A DNA stretch of 63,713 nt, filler included, from Lenisia limosa (Eukaryota > Protista > Breviatea), in NCBI GenBank assembly GCA_001655205.1. It is 16 parts of 16 records of this genome, joined end to end, with 100 filler letters (N's around TTAATTAATTAA, not from the genome) between each part and the next. Parts side by side here need not be neighbours in the genome. Positions count along the whole stretch, not along the records: positions 29,204 to 40,822 come from LPNZ01000696.1; positions 40,923 to 42,613 come from LPNZ01004023.1; positions 42,714 to 47,274 come from LPNZ01007609.1; positions 47,375 to 51,914 come from LPNZ01003419.1; positions 52,015 to 53,450 come from LPNZ01007676.1; 11 more parts are not named here. One strand, 5' to 3'. Positions 40,809-53,550 of the stretch are shown piece after piece. The notes under the pieces were generated by a model that saw only the letters and a list, made by a program, of their open reading frames with translations, did no database searches and was not told the origin of the DNA. Both the position numbers and the translations under genes were made by a program. How positions within the stretch are numbered: the stretch's first letter is position 1; every line of letters starts with the position of its first letter.

Positions 40809-40932
40809 TGTACTGGGGAGGGNNNNNNNNNNNNNNNNNNNNNNNNNNNNNNNNNNNNNNNNNNNNTTAATTAATTAANNNNNNNNNNNNNNNNNNNNNN
40901 NNNNNNNNNNNNNNNNNNNNNNCCCCCCCCCC

Positions 40933-42540
40933 CACCATAGCATGTAAGTACCCGCGGAAGGAATGAGCCCCGGTCATTTGGATCGAATCTTCGTAGGCCA
41001 TTTGCTTGTGGTACTGAGAACCGATCTGAAGATCGTGTGAGAAGAGCGTTGACATTTTTAAGTCTTGTTTGTACAATGCTCAGCCATCATGGTTGATTTG
41101 GGCATCAATAATAAAATGGGGTGGGGATTGAAGAATCTAACAGAATGGCGGAGTACAATTGGACAATTTACGAAACAAAACAAAAATCCCTAAATCAACT
41201 CTGTTGGCTGACAACTCCACGAGGGTTGATAACAGCAAAACAAAGTCGCTTGGTGGGGCATTGTCGAAGATAAATAATCTTAAAATTACCTTCCCTCGCA
41301 TCTCTTACCTACCTTCCCTCCCATCTCTTTTCTATTCGAATTAATCACCCACAAAATCTTACCCCACATATACCGGGGTGACGATAATTTTGGAAAATAA
41401 AAAAACCCCAAAATAAACCCTTTTGCGTGGCCACTCCCACTATATCAGCATAACCCCCCCCCCCCCNNNNNNNNNNNNNNNNNNNNNNNNNNNNNNNNNN
41501 NNNNNNNNNNNNNNNNNGGACCATATCTGTGAAAAACATCTGTAAAATGGGGTGATATCTGTAAAAAAGTGTAAAAAAAAGGGGGATACCCCCCCCCAAC
41601 AGAAGTGACATAAAAGCGGTCGGCGAGGTTTTCAGCCACCAAGTAGGCCGGGGTGGACAAATCGACGGACAGCGCAACGGCGTAAATGCGCGTGGTCCCG
41701 GCAATAACTTGAAGCTGGAATGTGAGGTTTCTAACGGTTTGAAAAAGACTGAATTTCTCAAAAAAATCTTTGATAAATATCGATACCTAACCGGTCTCCA
41801 GAAGCCAAAGTCGTGAAACCATGGGGGTGGTGGGTAGAGCTTCACTTCGGTTCGAAAAAGATAGCCGGTAAAATATCGAAAGTTTTCCAGGATTTATCCA
41901 GAACTTCAGTCTTTTTTCGAACCGAAGTGAAGCTGTAGTGGTGGGGAACAAATGGACAATTAATGAAACGGAGCAACAAAGCACGAGAAAAATCAAATCT
42001 TCTGGGAAGATTAGAGAGATGTTGAGAAAACACACAAAGCCGAAAGATCACAATCCCACCCACAGTTTGCATAAAGTCGATCATACTCNNNNNNNNNNNN
42101 NNNNNNNNNNNNNNNNNNNNNNNNNNNNNNNNNNNNNNNNNNNNNNNNNNNNNNNNNNNNNNNNNNATTGGGAAAATTTGGAAACAAACAAAAGCCCAAA
42201 AGTGAATTTATCCTGGGGGATGTAAAAGCGGAGAATTTTAAAAAACCTTCACCCAAAACCTACACCCTCAGGTAAATGCTAAAACCCCACAAGCTCAGGG
42301 ATATAATTAGGGCTTCCCTACAGTCCCAAAAAAAGACTGGTTTTGTCGATAAATCCTCGATAAATATCGATTATTTTTTCTAACCGTAGGGAAGCCCTAG
42401 ATATTATTCCACAATCCCCCCCCCCCAAACGGTGAATCCAAAGACGTCAATTAGGGTGTTAGGATTGTTGAAGTCGATGTAGCGTTCGAATACCGACTCA
42501 GCAGCCTCGTCTAGTATTGGCAGTAGAAGGGACTACAAAA
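40933..42540 (-). CDS. Exon fragments of an unknown protein
   Basis: LLPILDEAAESVFERYIDFNNPNTLIDVFGF; LQVIAGTTRIYAVALSVDLSTPAYLVAENLADRFYVTS; IGSQYHKQMAYEDSIQMTGAHSFRGYLHAM. Each is bounded by AG and GT. Confidence 0.45.
41835..41937. mobile_element. MITE family B, full copy
   Basis: TIRs GCTTCACTTCGGTTCGAAAAAGA / TCTTTTTTCGAACCGAAGTGAAGC, flanked by TA. Confidence 0.85.
42308..42399. mobile_element. MITE family B, CCCTAC subfamily, full copy
   Basis: TAGGGCTTCCCTACAG...CCGTAGGGAAGCCCTA. Confidence 0.85.
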
Positions 42541-43159
42541 ATCGGGTTATAAAGTTGTTGGGAAATGAGGGGGTTCGGCGAAATTTGTTGGGGAGTACAG
42601 GAACCGGATTAAANNNNNNNNNNNNNNNNNNNNNNNNNNNNNNNNNNNNNNNNNNNNTTAATTAATTAANNNNNNNNNNNNNNNNNNNNNNNNNNNNNNN
42701 NNNNNNNNNNNNNTGAAGTTTTGAGCCGACGGATGATGGCGGCGGGAGGGGGAGGGCGGGTTCGGAGTTGGGATGAGCATGAGAAGGGGGGGCCTCCCGG
42801 GTACCTAGGGTTTGAGAATCAGATGATATTAATGAAATAAAAAAAGGTTGTATATGACCGAATCTGCCCTTAGCATGAAAGTATATTATCTTGAAGATGT
42901 GGGAATGCTAACAATGATGATACCTATGAGTTTCACTTCGTCTCGAAAAAAAAACGAATTTCTCTATAAATCCTCGACAGCTATCGATATTTCATCAGTC
43001 TTTTTCGGACAGTTATCATGTTTGAGAATGTCCCAAGTGATATGCTTTATGATGATAATGTATCAAAGTGACCAGACCTAAATCAGTGGGTTTCCACAAA
43101 CGCTACAATAAAAGCAAAATCTGTAAAATAGAAGTAAAAGCGAGTAAACGCGCAATCAC

Positions 43160-46100
43160 CTAACCTGACAAGCTACTGACTTTAAGTCCGTTCAAGGCTT
43201 GGTTGAGCTGGCGATTTGCGGTGCGGGGTGTGACGATGGGGTCTGATAGGGAGAGGTTTGGTGGCAGACCCGGGTCTCCCGGTGAAATCTGCGGATATGT
43301 CTTGAATTGCGGCTGTATGTTGGCCGTGTTTTCGGTTGCTGGAAGGTGGCGGATGTTGTAGATTCCATATAAGGCAGGTGGGATGACAGACAAGGCTGGC
43401 GGGCCTTCTGTATTTGGTTGAAGCACTCCGGATTGGGCGGAAGGATTCATCCGAGCCTTCAGCGGTAAGATTAAGTTTGTTAAATGATTGGATCCATTCG
43501 TGATGTGCCCCCCTCCCCTTCTTCCATATTATTCAAATAATTCCAACAAGCATAATTTCATTTTTCTACACTCCATTTCACCAACTTTTGTTCACTCCAT
43601 TTCACCAACTTTTGTTCACTCCATTTCACCAACTTTTCCTTTTTTCCCAACTTCAACCATTTTTACATCATATCTTTCTGCGCAAACCCCCACCTCCCTT
43701 AACATGTAATACAGCCCCCTTTAGTTAGAGTTGGGATACTGTTAACATTATTGTTCTTAAAAACAAAACATCCTGCCAATCCCTCATGTGCAGTAGTCAT
43801 ATAGTAGATTAGTATTATCATACTGTATGATATTTACAGTATAGAGTAATATGTACTAACCTGGGGGTCATCATAGCAGCCATCATTTCGGGATGGTAAG
43901 TTTACATGGGGCCTCTTAGACGCCAGTCGGGACATTCGAACCTGTTCGGAGTGTTAATCAGTCCAAACGTTTTGAAAACAATGACTAGGGCCTCACTCCT
44001 CTGTAAACTATCGAAAAATATCGATGATTTATCGCATGTAAAAAGGGGGTTTCACTTAAATACAAGTGAACTGAACTTCAAAAAGTTTCTCTAATTCTTC
44101 ATAGAATCCTGGTAGAATCTGGTACAATTATGATAGAATATCGATATGGTCAGCTGACCATTTCATGCATAACCATTTTTTTTGGATATGATTGGACTGG
44201 TTGTTTGTTCAATTTTTGTTGTTCCATATCTCGAATAAAAGCGATGGTAACCACACTTTTGCAGCTAAATCGTGTGTTTGGTTTGGACTAATAGCCTTCT
44301 TGATATTTCTCACTTCATAAAAAATAAAATCACCCTTTTCCATCTCTTTCAACCTCACCTTCTCAAGGGCTTGAGCATCGTCGAAGGAAACTGACGCCGC
44401 CGTTTTGAGTGCACCCTGAAGGAATGAATTTCCTAATAATTGTTCTGATCGGATGAATTAGTAAATAATCCGGATCAGATACCCCCCCCCCCTACCTCTG
44501 GGAAGGGAGGCATTGCGGCCGGAGCAGGGGGCAGCAAAACGTGCGATTCCACTGCCGAGTGCCAATTACGGCTGTCGATTTGTCTAAATCAGTGAGTTTC
44601 ATGAAAAGTCGACTTGTCTAAGTATGACAGTTTCATGAAAAGTCGATTTTAATATGAATGTATAGAGACCCCCCCCCCCCATACGCCTGGGCCTCAGATT
44701 CGCGAAACTCAAGTAACTTCTCCCGTTCGTCCAGATCTTTCTACACAGCTGAGTTACCACAATATTGCTACAGTCTCATGTATCCATACTATATGTACAT
44801 GTGAGAAGGTAAGTATTTGGATTGATCTTGCTACAAATGTAATGTGGCCATGGCGCCTCCAATATTTCATTCTTATCCCCACATCATAAGCCTATCACCC
44901 TGTCACCTTNNNNNNNNNNNNNNNNNNNNNNNNNNNNNNNNNNNNNNNNNNNNNNNNNNNNNNNNNNNNNNNNNNNNNNNNNNNNNNNNNNNNNNNNNNN
45001 NNNNNNNNNNNNNNNNNNNNNNNNNNNNNNNNNNNNNNNNNNNNNNNNNNNNNNNNNNNNNNNNNNNNNNNNNNNNNNNNNNNNNNNNNNNNNNNNNNNN
45101 NNNNNNNNNNNNNNNNNNNNNNNNNNNNNNNNNNNNNNNNNNNAAAAAAAGCCCATATCAACTCTGTTGGCAAGGGTTGAGAACAACAAACCAAACGTAA
45201 ATTTAAAATTTTTTGAAACAAAATGCTAAATGGGGGGATTGTATGGTGTTAATATGAAAGGGGGTGGAAGGCAGACGGGTGGGAGCCAACTAGGGCTTCA
45301 CTTCGGTTCGAAAAAAGACTGGTTTTCTCTATAAACCTCGAAAACTATCGATATTTTCCCGAACCGAACCTCATTCTCCATTTCCTTCTTGAAAAGGGCC
45401 GCAGTGTGCTCCACGGTTTCCCTCCGACAGTCGGTCTAAATGGTTATTGTGAGAATTTAATGTATTTATTACGAGTATTTAATGGTTATTTGGATCTGAA
45501 ATGGAGTTACCATTGCAATATGTCCGACGTAAAATTTTGAATTAATTTTTCAATTAATTGCACAGAGCTCTACTATTTTTCATATTGTCATATTTTTTCA
45601 TATTTTCTTTGATTATTTTCTCAATGGGAAAAAGATGCGTAGATATGAAAAATAAAAAAGAAAATGATTGCCAAAATTGGATTATTTCGACACCCCCCCC
45701 CCACTTTGCCCTTTTCAATGCCGGCTTCATAGGAGTTCGATACCTGATTTGTGACAAAATTCTTAGACTGGAAAGAGATTTGTTAAATTTTACCATGTCC
45801 CCAACTTTAGAGATTGCCCGGTTTTCGAACCGAAGTGAAGCCACTCATAGCATCCTCCCAACCTTGACAGCCAGATCCTTCTCCTGGATCTCTAGATCAT
45901 TACGCAATCTTTTGACCTCGAGATTAGCCTGTTCGAGCCGGTTTTCAAGGAGGCGGATCTGCGGTGTGAGCTTCGGAGGGAGACAGGAACAACAGTCTTG
46001 AAAACAAAGAGGGGAGAGAGGCTAAGACCCAAAAAACAAAACACATATATATTTTGCATAATAGTAGATAAACCCAACAATGACATTGTGATTCGCAGAA

Positions 46101-47060
46101 AGAACACCAATTGTTGCTGAGTCCGTGTTTAACCTCTCTTCGAAGCCTTCCGACCATCTCGTTGAAACTAAAGAATGTGCATCATGGAATATTTGTCGTA
46201 TTTCATTGTGGTACTGTGTTGTACTAAGTCCTTCCGACGTTAATAAGCAACCAGCTCCCCCCCCCCCCCNNNNNNNNNNNNNNNNNNNNNNNNNNNNNNN
46301 NNNNNNNNNNNNNNNNNNNNNNNNNNNNNNNNNNNNNNNNNNNNNNNNNNNNNNNNNNNNNNNNNNNNNNNNNNNNNNNNNNNNNNATAATAATAACTCC
46401 AAAATAATTCCAAAATAAAACAATAATAAATATCAGGTCTCACGCCTTCACATTTAATACTCCCCCCCTTTCGCACATTAGAACTCATTTGCGACACTGT
46501 CGACTGTGGCCCTTTGAACATGTCGGCTTCAAGCTAATAGGGTGAAAGGGGGGGCTTCAAGCTTTGGGGTAGTATTTGGACTTCATTTTTTATGCTTTCA
46601 ACAAGAGAAGAATAATAGTATTCGGTCCTCAAGACGGAATTTCCAATATAAATCTTCAATAAATATCGATATTTTATCAGTCTTATGGAGCAGAAAAAGA
46701 AGCTCACTCACCTCCGCTCTGATTCGCGGTCTTAGGTCGTTCTCTAAGTCTTTTCGAAGCTAAATGGTCAATACCATAATAATCTTGACGTGAAGTGCTG
46801 AACTCGGTATAAACGTATGTACATTGACCGCGATAAGTCCTGACAATATTGACTAAAGATAAAGCTCAATATCCGTGTCGTGACTTATAGCTGTCAGTGT
46901 ATACGATATGATATACCATATCATATTAACGCCACTGAAGAAAACAAGGCAGATCATAATGAATTCAAAAGTATCTAGATTAAACGGTCCCATCAAATTT
47001 GAGCAAACCTCATGGGTGATTTCGATGCGAAGCTGGTCAGCAAGTTCTTCACGAACCTGA
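43160..47060 (-). CDS. Coiled-coil protein with Pro-rich C-terminal part, fragment
   Basis: VREELADQLRIEITHE; IRLLENRLEQANLEVKRLRNDLEIQEKDLAVK; KDLDEREKLLEFRESEAQ; GALKTAASVSFDDAQALEK; Pro-rich exon ~43170-43460. Confidence 0.6.
43560..43640. repeat. 24-bp tandem repeat x3 (TTCACTCCATTTCACCAACTTTTG)
   Basis: Direct units visible. Explains the HSISPTFV repeats in ORF 43488-43709. Confidence 0.85.
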
Positions 47061-47109
47061 TATGGGTAAAATGAGTAAAAAAAAAACAACAACGATAAAA
47101 GTGGGGGTG

Positions 47110-47165
47110 GTGTGGACGGCTTTGGCCAGATACAACCTTATTTTTTTTTTATTTCTCATTGCTGT
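47110..47165 (+). repeat. Short dispersed repeat E (GTGGACGGCTTYGGCCAGATACAACCTTRTTTT...TTTCTCAT)
   Basis: Related copies at ~14505, 24256, 35140, 35790 (-), 36860 (-), 47460, 47525, 61515 and 62785 (-). All appear non-coding, most inside introns. Confidence 0.75.
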
Positions 47166-47374
47166 ATAATAGTATATTAATACAAAAAATATATGCACAT
47201 GATATTGCATATAGTATATATTATATACTATATACTATATATATATGATATATTATTCTGTTTTAGGATCAATANNNNNNNNNNNNNNNNNNNNNNNNNN
47301 NNNNNNNNNNNNNNNNNNTTAATTAATTAANNNNNNNNNNNNNNNNNNNNNNNNNNNNNNNNNNNNNNNNNNNN

Positions 47375-49420
47375 TCGCCGGTGCCCAGAAGATCCTTGGT
47401 GGGGAGAGGGATGTTTGAGAGAGTTGTCAGGCAAGTGATTGGGTAAATTAATATTGTACTGACTGTGGCCAGATTCATCTTATTTTGTATTTCTCATTGC
47501 TATATTTTCTTATTAGCGTGATGGTATGGACGATTTCGGCCAGATACAACCTTATTTTTTATTTATCATTGCAAGCTGAGTCCAGTATTGATAAGTAGGG
47601 CTTCACTTTGGTCCGAAATAAACTGGTAAAATTTATCGAGAAATTTCGTCTTTTTTTCAGACCGAAATGAAGCCCTAAGTCCTTATTTTGAGCGATTTCT
47701 TGATATCTTGACCGATTTATTGGTATCGTTATTATGACCGTTTCACAGAGGACACCCAACGTCGCCTCAAGGCCGCTGAAAAGGCCCGCAAAACTGCCAC
47801 CAGCGACCTCACTGAAATGCAGGAGCAGGTTCATGGGCTTCGACTGTCAAAATGCAGCGATAGATTTGATTTTAGGGACAATGACTGGGGTTTTTTTTTT
47901 TTTTTTCTGACCCCCCTCCATAAATTTTCCATTTTACAGAGTTGATTGTGGGCTCTTTTTTTCGTTTCATATATTTTACAATTCCACCTCTTTGTCGTTT
48001 TAGCGTTGCTCCTGTTTGTTATTACTTGATTTTTTTATTTTTTTTTTCTGGAGTTTCAGATTATTCGGTTCGTGATTAGTACCTTAACGCCAATATTCTT
48101 CATGGAAATTTCCTTCGTTTTATGTTGATTTTGTTTTGTTTCTTAAATTTTCCAATTTTACACAACCCCCCCCCCCCCAGAGCGNNNNNNNNNNNNNNNN
48201 NNNNNNNNNNNNNNNNNNNNNNNNNNNNNNNNNNNNNNNNNNNNNNNNNNNNNNNNNNNNNNNNNNNNNNNNNNNNNNNNNNNNNNNNNNNNNGGTCTAT
48301 TTGACTGGTGTGTGAAGAGTTTTCCGTTTTCACTCCGGCAGGCCAAATCGAAGCTTGCCGTCAACCAAGAGAAGAAGAAGGCTGTCCGTTTCGAGGGACA
48401 GGTCAAGACCCTCAACCAGAAGGTCAACGACCTTACCAAGGCCAAGCAGACCGCTGACAAGGCTGCCCAGCAGGTCCGTCTTGAGCCGTCGTGTCTTTGT
48501 ATTATCAACTTTTCACACATTTTGTAGATACATATTATATATTGATAATACGGACAAGAAAAGAGACGCATGATATTTTTCTTGCTGTTGCACGAGTGTG
48601 TAGTTCTTGCTGTTTTTTGGGTGACCTTTCAGGCGAAGAAGGACCTCATGCAGGCCAAGCGCCAGAACCAGCGTGACAAGAAGACCATTGCCGAGCTTGA
48701 GGACGAGATCGAGGCTATCAAGTGGGGAAATGGACAATCACTCTCAACTTATTTGGTAATATCTCTTCTAAGCGTGATGGTGTGATGGCTTCGGACAGAT
48801 ACTGCCATATTATACTTCCACATAACCACCCATATGATATGTATAGAATGGTAACGTTTGTAAATAATGATTATTCTGTCCCAATGCGGCAGTGTTGCCA
48901 TCTTCTGAGTATCAGTTCTCACTGCAACGTCCTTCTGACATTCGAACAAACTAACTGGGCAGACTCGGTGGCGACAGTGACGTTGATGACGTTGACGCCG
49001 ACGTTGCTGAACCTGGCATGGCTGACAAGCATGTTGAAGAAGAGGAATTGGAGGTGGGATGAGCTTCACAATGGGTAATTCTCCCCCCCCCCCTTTTTTT
49101 TTTTNNNNNNNNNNNNNNNNNNNNNNNNNNNNNNNNNNNNNNNNNNNNNNNNNNNNNNNNNNNNNNNNNNNNNNNNNNNNNNNNNGTAGGTTGAAGAGTA
49201 ACTTTTCGTGGAGTGTGGCCAAGACTTGGGGGAACTGTGTATCGGGGGTATTTATGAATGTTTATCTACAATTATCATCCTGGGTTTTTTTTTGTTTTTT
49301 TGCCCCGTTATATTGATCACAGAAAACTCTTGGGCAAATATTTGAATTCAAATATCGCTAAGATACATAATGATGGCACCCCGAACCTCTCGGGTGTGAG
49401 ACAACGACGGGGTCAGAGTG
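47375..49420 (+). CDS. Coiled-coil protein, fragment
   Basis: EDTQRRLKAAEKARKTATSDLTEMQEQ; AKSKLAVNQEKKKAVRFEGQVKTLNQKVNDLTKAKQTADKAAQQ|AKKDLMQAKRQNQRDKKTIAELEDEIEAIK|LGGDSDVDDVDADVAEPG. Confidence 0.7.
47596..47677. mobile_element. MITE family B, full copy
   Basis: TAGGGCTTCACTTTGG...CCGAAATGAAGCCCTA. Confidence 0.85.
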
Positions 49421-50173
49421 TAATGATTTGGGCTCCGAAAAAGACCGTTTAAATATCAATATTGATCGAGAGATTCAGTCTTCTTTGGGACCGTAGGGAA
49501 CCCCTAGTTGGCGTTAGCCTGTCATAATAGTTACTTATCCTTCTACCCTCACAACGTAGTTATTGTACACTTCACGTCAATCCACGCCCACAAATAATAA
49601 CAATATGATATTAATAATAGGACAAATACGGACGTGGAGGGCTTTCCACCTAAGAAAAGTCGCACACGTTGCCTGAACTAAAACCAGTGCTACACTGTTT
49701 TCCGGGAGCCTGAAGTGTTACTCAAATTCCCAATTCCCTTATCCCCCCCCCCCCCTTACAAGTTGTACATCGCTAACATGAATCTCTGATGCTTTGTTCA
49801 AGTGAGCTCTGCGAAGGCATTATTGGAGGGGGGGAATTGATGGGGAAAAAACCCCAGGAACTCGGTTGGCTCAACAACCTTGAAAGAAAAACATTTGCGC
49901 AGTACCAGTTCATGAAATTCATCCCCGCTCACTGAACATCCCCCTGTTCATGTCGGGTGAGCATTCCCTCATCCCCTGTCCTGCATGTTTGTGTGCTTGG
50001 AGGTGATTTGTTTTTCCATCCCCGCTCACCCGACAACACAATCGAAGGAAACTGCCCTCAGGTCGGCTACGGAGTACTTATTGAGACGGAAACAGTTGGT
50101 ATTGGCCTTCATATCAAGGTTCTAAATGGTGAATATTCCTATGCGAAAAGGCAGACGATTAAGAACAATACCC

Positions 50174-50268
50174 TAGGGCTTCACTTCGCTTAGAAAAAAG
50201 ACTGAATTTCTCGTTAAATCCTCGAAAACTATCGATATTTTTCCGGTATTTTTCGAACCGAAGTGAAA
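50174..50268. mobile_element. MITE family B, near-full copy
   Basis: TAGGGCTTCACTTCG...TTCGAACCGAAGTGAA. Confidence 0.8.
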
Positions 50269-50289
50269 GTCAAATACCCCCTCAAACAT

Positions 50290-51914
50290 CTCCGGTGTAC
50301 TTAAAGGTACTCTTGTCGTCCAACAACAAGGTTTCCTTGTGGTCCGTGTGCATCACACATTGTCCAGTCAGGTTGAGATGCGTGCTACTTTGTTACAACA
50401 CAACTTTCAAATAGTCTCGGGCTACAACCCATCTCAAATACTCTTAAGCATTATTATTTCAATATTCTTGAGTAGCAATCCCCATTTCAACCCACTTGGA
50501 GAGACGTACAACGACACCGTGTGTGTTGAGGGACTTTCCTTGGATGTTGCTATTCTATATGTTATTAGATTTCATGAAGGGACAGGAACTTTGGTTGATT
50601 TGTAGAGAAAGATAAAGGAAAATGATAAAGTGAAAAAAAGCACCAAAGAGAAGCAGAACAAATCCCCAACCTCGATCTGCATTCCAGCGTGAACAAGAAC
50701 ACGATCAACATTGAAAGTCCAGTTGTCAATAGTCACATCGCTGTCGCTTACGCTAATATTGTCAAAAAGATGCTTCTTCCAAAACACCGCTTTTGTGGAC
50801 GTGTGAATTGTGCACTAAACTGAGACATAACAACCCTCCAACTACGAAGTTTTTGAAAACATGAAATCAGCAAATTTCATTTTCAAACGAGAGCTCTTCG
50901 AAATTGAAAGCTCTCCAACCGTAGAACTGAACTCCTGAAAACGTGAACTGTCATCTTCCAGACTATCTCTGTCAACCATATCACATGGTAACCCATATCC
51001 ACTAGTGATATGATCATATGACCAACTTTCAAGTCGAAATGATGACGAAGATAACACGAGGGTTCATCCCGAGTATCGGTCAATTATTATTCGAATGGAT
51101 ATCATGTGAGGTATCATATCATTGCGTGGAAAATGATAGCACACGTGTGAAAATGATCCAAAAAGTGATATGATGTATAAATGTAATAATTGTCATTCAT
51201 TCGTACCGCAGTAAAGTTCGTTGTGACCATTTCTCCAAATTCACACCCGGTTGCTGCTGCCTGTTCATGGTTGAGGTTTAGAGGTTGCGAAAAGATTATA
51301 TATTGAACATGATTAATACCACTATCTTAACATCACAACCCCCCCACATCAGAATGAGACAAAATGAATGCTGAGTTCACTGAAGAGATCATTGGCTGTT
51401 CATAGGTGGAGATGACTCCGGTCTGCACGGGAATAAAACTTTGCAAAACCATCAGAGCAGGGGTATTAACAAATACAGGGCTCTTGAGGCAAGAGAGAAT
51501 GGCTGAACAAAGTAGAACCACAATCCAACATACTGAAATAGACATGTGAGAGTTCTCCAAAACAAAGCAGGGGTCTGAGGTTTTGCCAAGAGCCTAATTG
51601 TAAGTAAGAACACGGTCAATTGCCATAAAAAAACAAGGTGTAATAGATTGACAAACAAAACCGTCCAAACCTTCAGGTTAACGTCAGCCACAGAGAGCCG
51701 TGAGTTCTTCAGAGTAATGCATGCTGGACCGATTACGGCATTACAACATCCAATGAATATCAGAAATATATGTTGTGTAATTTATGAAGCTTGCTGATCA
51801 AGCTTTTGAAAGCTAAAAACGCAGGACTACACCACACCCACATTGATCATCTTCGAAGATGAGAACTCCATCGCCAACAATATCCAAATCTACATTTTTG
51901 AGCTCCACGTGGTG
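50290..51914 (-). CDS. Exon fragments of an unknown beta-rich, probably extracellular protein
   Basis: HHVELKNVDLDIVGDGVLIFEDDQC; LKSPVFVNTPALMVLQSFIPVQTGVISTYEQPMISSVNSAFILSHSD; FWKKHLFDNISVSDSDVTIDNWTFNVDRVLVHAGMQIE. Confidence 0.4.
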
Positions 51915-52014
51915 NNNNNNNNNNNNNNNNNNNNNNNNNNNNNNNNNNNNNNNNNNNNTTAATTAATTAANNNNNNNNNNNNNNNNNNNNNNNNNNNNNN
52001 NNNNNNNNNNNNNN

Positions 52015-53220
52015 CCCACCCTGAGCCTCACGCTGGCGAACAATTCGTTCTTCTTGGAGCTTTTTACGGGCCTAAAACGGTCAAAACTATGCAAGTAGCA
52101 CAACAGATTGTCAATAAATCGCTAGTAAAATACGCAACCAATTGCCATAAAAGGCAAGTGAACTAAAAGCAATCCCAATCTTCAACATAAACTAGCAATT
52201 TCCCAAGAAAGTGGCTCACCTCTTCAGCCTTACGTCGCTCCTCTGCCGCCAGCGCTGCCGGCGACTTCGCTGCGGGTACCCGGGCACCTACTGGGGCTCG
52301 TGCGGGGCCCTNNNNNNNNNNNNNNNNNNNNNNNNNNNNNNNNNNNNNNNNNNNNNNNNNNNNNNNNNNNNNNNNNNNNNNNNNNNNNNNNNNNNNNNNN
52401 NNNNNNNNNNNNNNNNNNNNNNNNNNNNNNNNNNNNNNNNNNNNNNNNNNNNNNNNNNNNNNNNNTTGGCTATAGCATTTTGGAAACCCACTGTTAAACG
52501 AAGAAAACGAAGCGGTAGGACATGTCGATGAAGAACAAGGGGAGAAAGGATTATATAAAACATTGAAATAGAGTATAATGTTAATTCACTCAATCATTTG
52601 CCTTACAACTCGGTGCATACAGCTTTCTGCGTGCCTCCCCAGAATATTAATTCACCCATTACCAACATTTGGACGGGACAAGGGGGCAGCCTTCTTCGGA
52701 GCCAAGTCAGGACAGGCACCCTTGTAGGGTTAGTGAAGACCCTTGTTGATTGGTAATGAATAGCCAGGGAACAAAACAATATGACCCTAAGACGCTGAAT
52801 AATCTATGTTTGCTTGGAGCATGGAACAAGCAGCAGGATAATCCCCCCTTCCCCCTAAGGGCTTCACTTCGGTTCGAAAAAGACCGGTCATATATCGATA
52901 GTTTTCGAGGATTTATCGAGACATTCAGTCTTTTTTCGAACCGAAGTGAAGCNNNNNNNNNNNNNNNNNNNNNNNNNNNNNNNNNNNNNNNNNNNNNNNN
53001 NNNNNNNNNNNNNNNNNNNNNNNNNNNNNNNNNNNNNNNNNNNNNNNNNNNNNNNNNNNNNNNNNNNNNNNNNNNNNNNNNNNNNNNNNNNNTATAAATA
53101 GGAAAGTACAAAGCCCAGTCCCAGCAAACCTTCTTAAATTTCTCGCCATGAATCACGGTGTGGCTGAATTCTGACGTATACATGTCGCGTTCGAGGAAGG
53201 CCATGATACGACGCTGCAGG
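52015..53220 (-). CDS. Exon fragments of an unknown protein
   Basis: RRIMAFLERDMYTSEFSHTVIHGEKFKK and VPAAKSPAALAAEERRKAEE with GT-AG boundaries. Confidence 0.4.
52856..52952. mobile_element. MITE family B, full copy up to a gap
   Basis: GGGCTTCACTTCGGTTCGAAAAAGAC...GTCTTTTTTCGAACCGAAGTGAAGC. Confidence 0.85.
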
Positions 53221-53550
53221 AATGTTCGACCAAGGATCTACAACGTAAGTTTGGGGATAGGGGGGCAACTACAGTGACCAGTCTTGACCGATTTTCTTTG
53301 AGAAATCACAAACATAGCAAATCGCTCAGGATTATCTGTATATCACAATGAGGGGCAAGGGGTAGGGAGAGCCGGTCACTTATCTTAAATTTTTATGTTA
53401 TTCCCAGACATTATATAATGTTTTGGAGGGGTGCATGTCTCGACTCTTCANNNNNNNNNNNNNNNNNNNNNNNNNNNNNNNNNNNNNNNNNNNNTTAATT
53501 AATTAANNNNNNNNNNNNNNNNNNNNNNNNNNNNNNNNNNNNNNNNNNNN

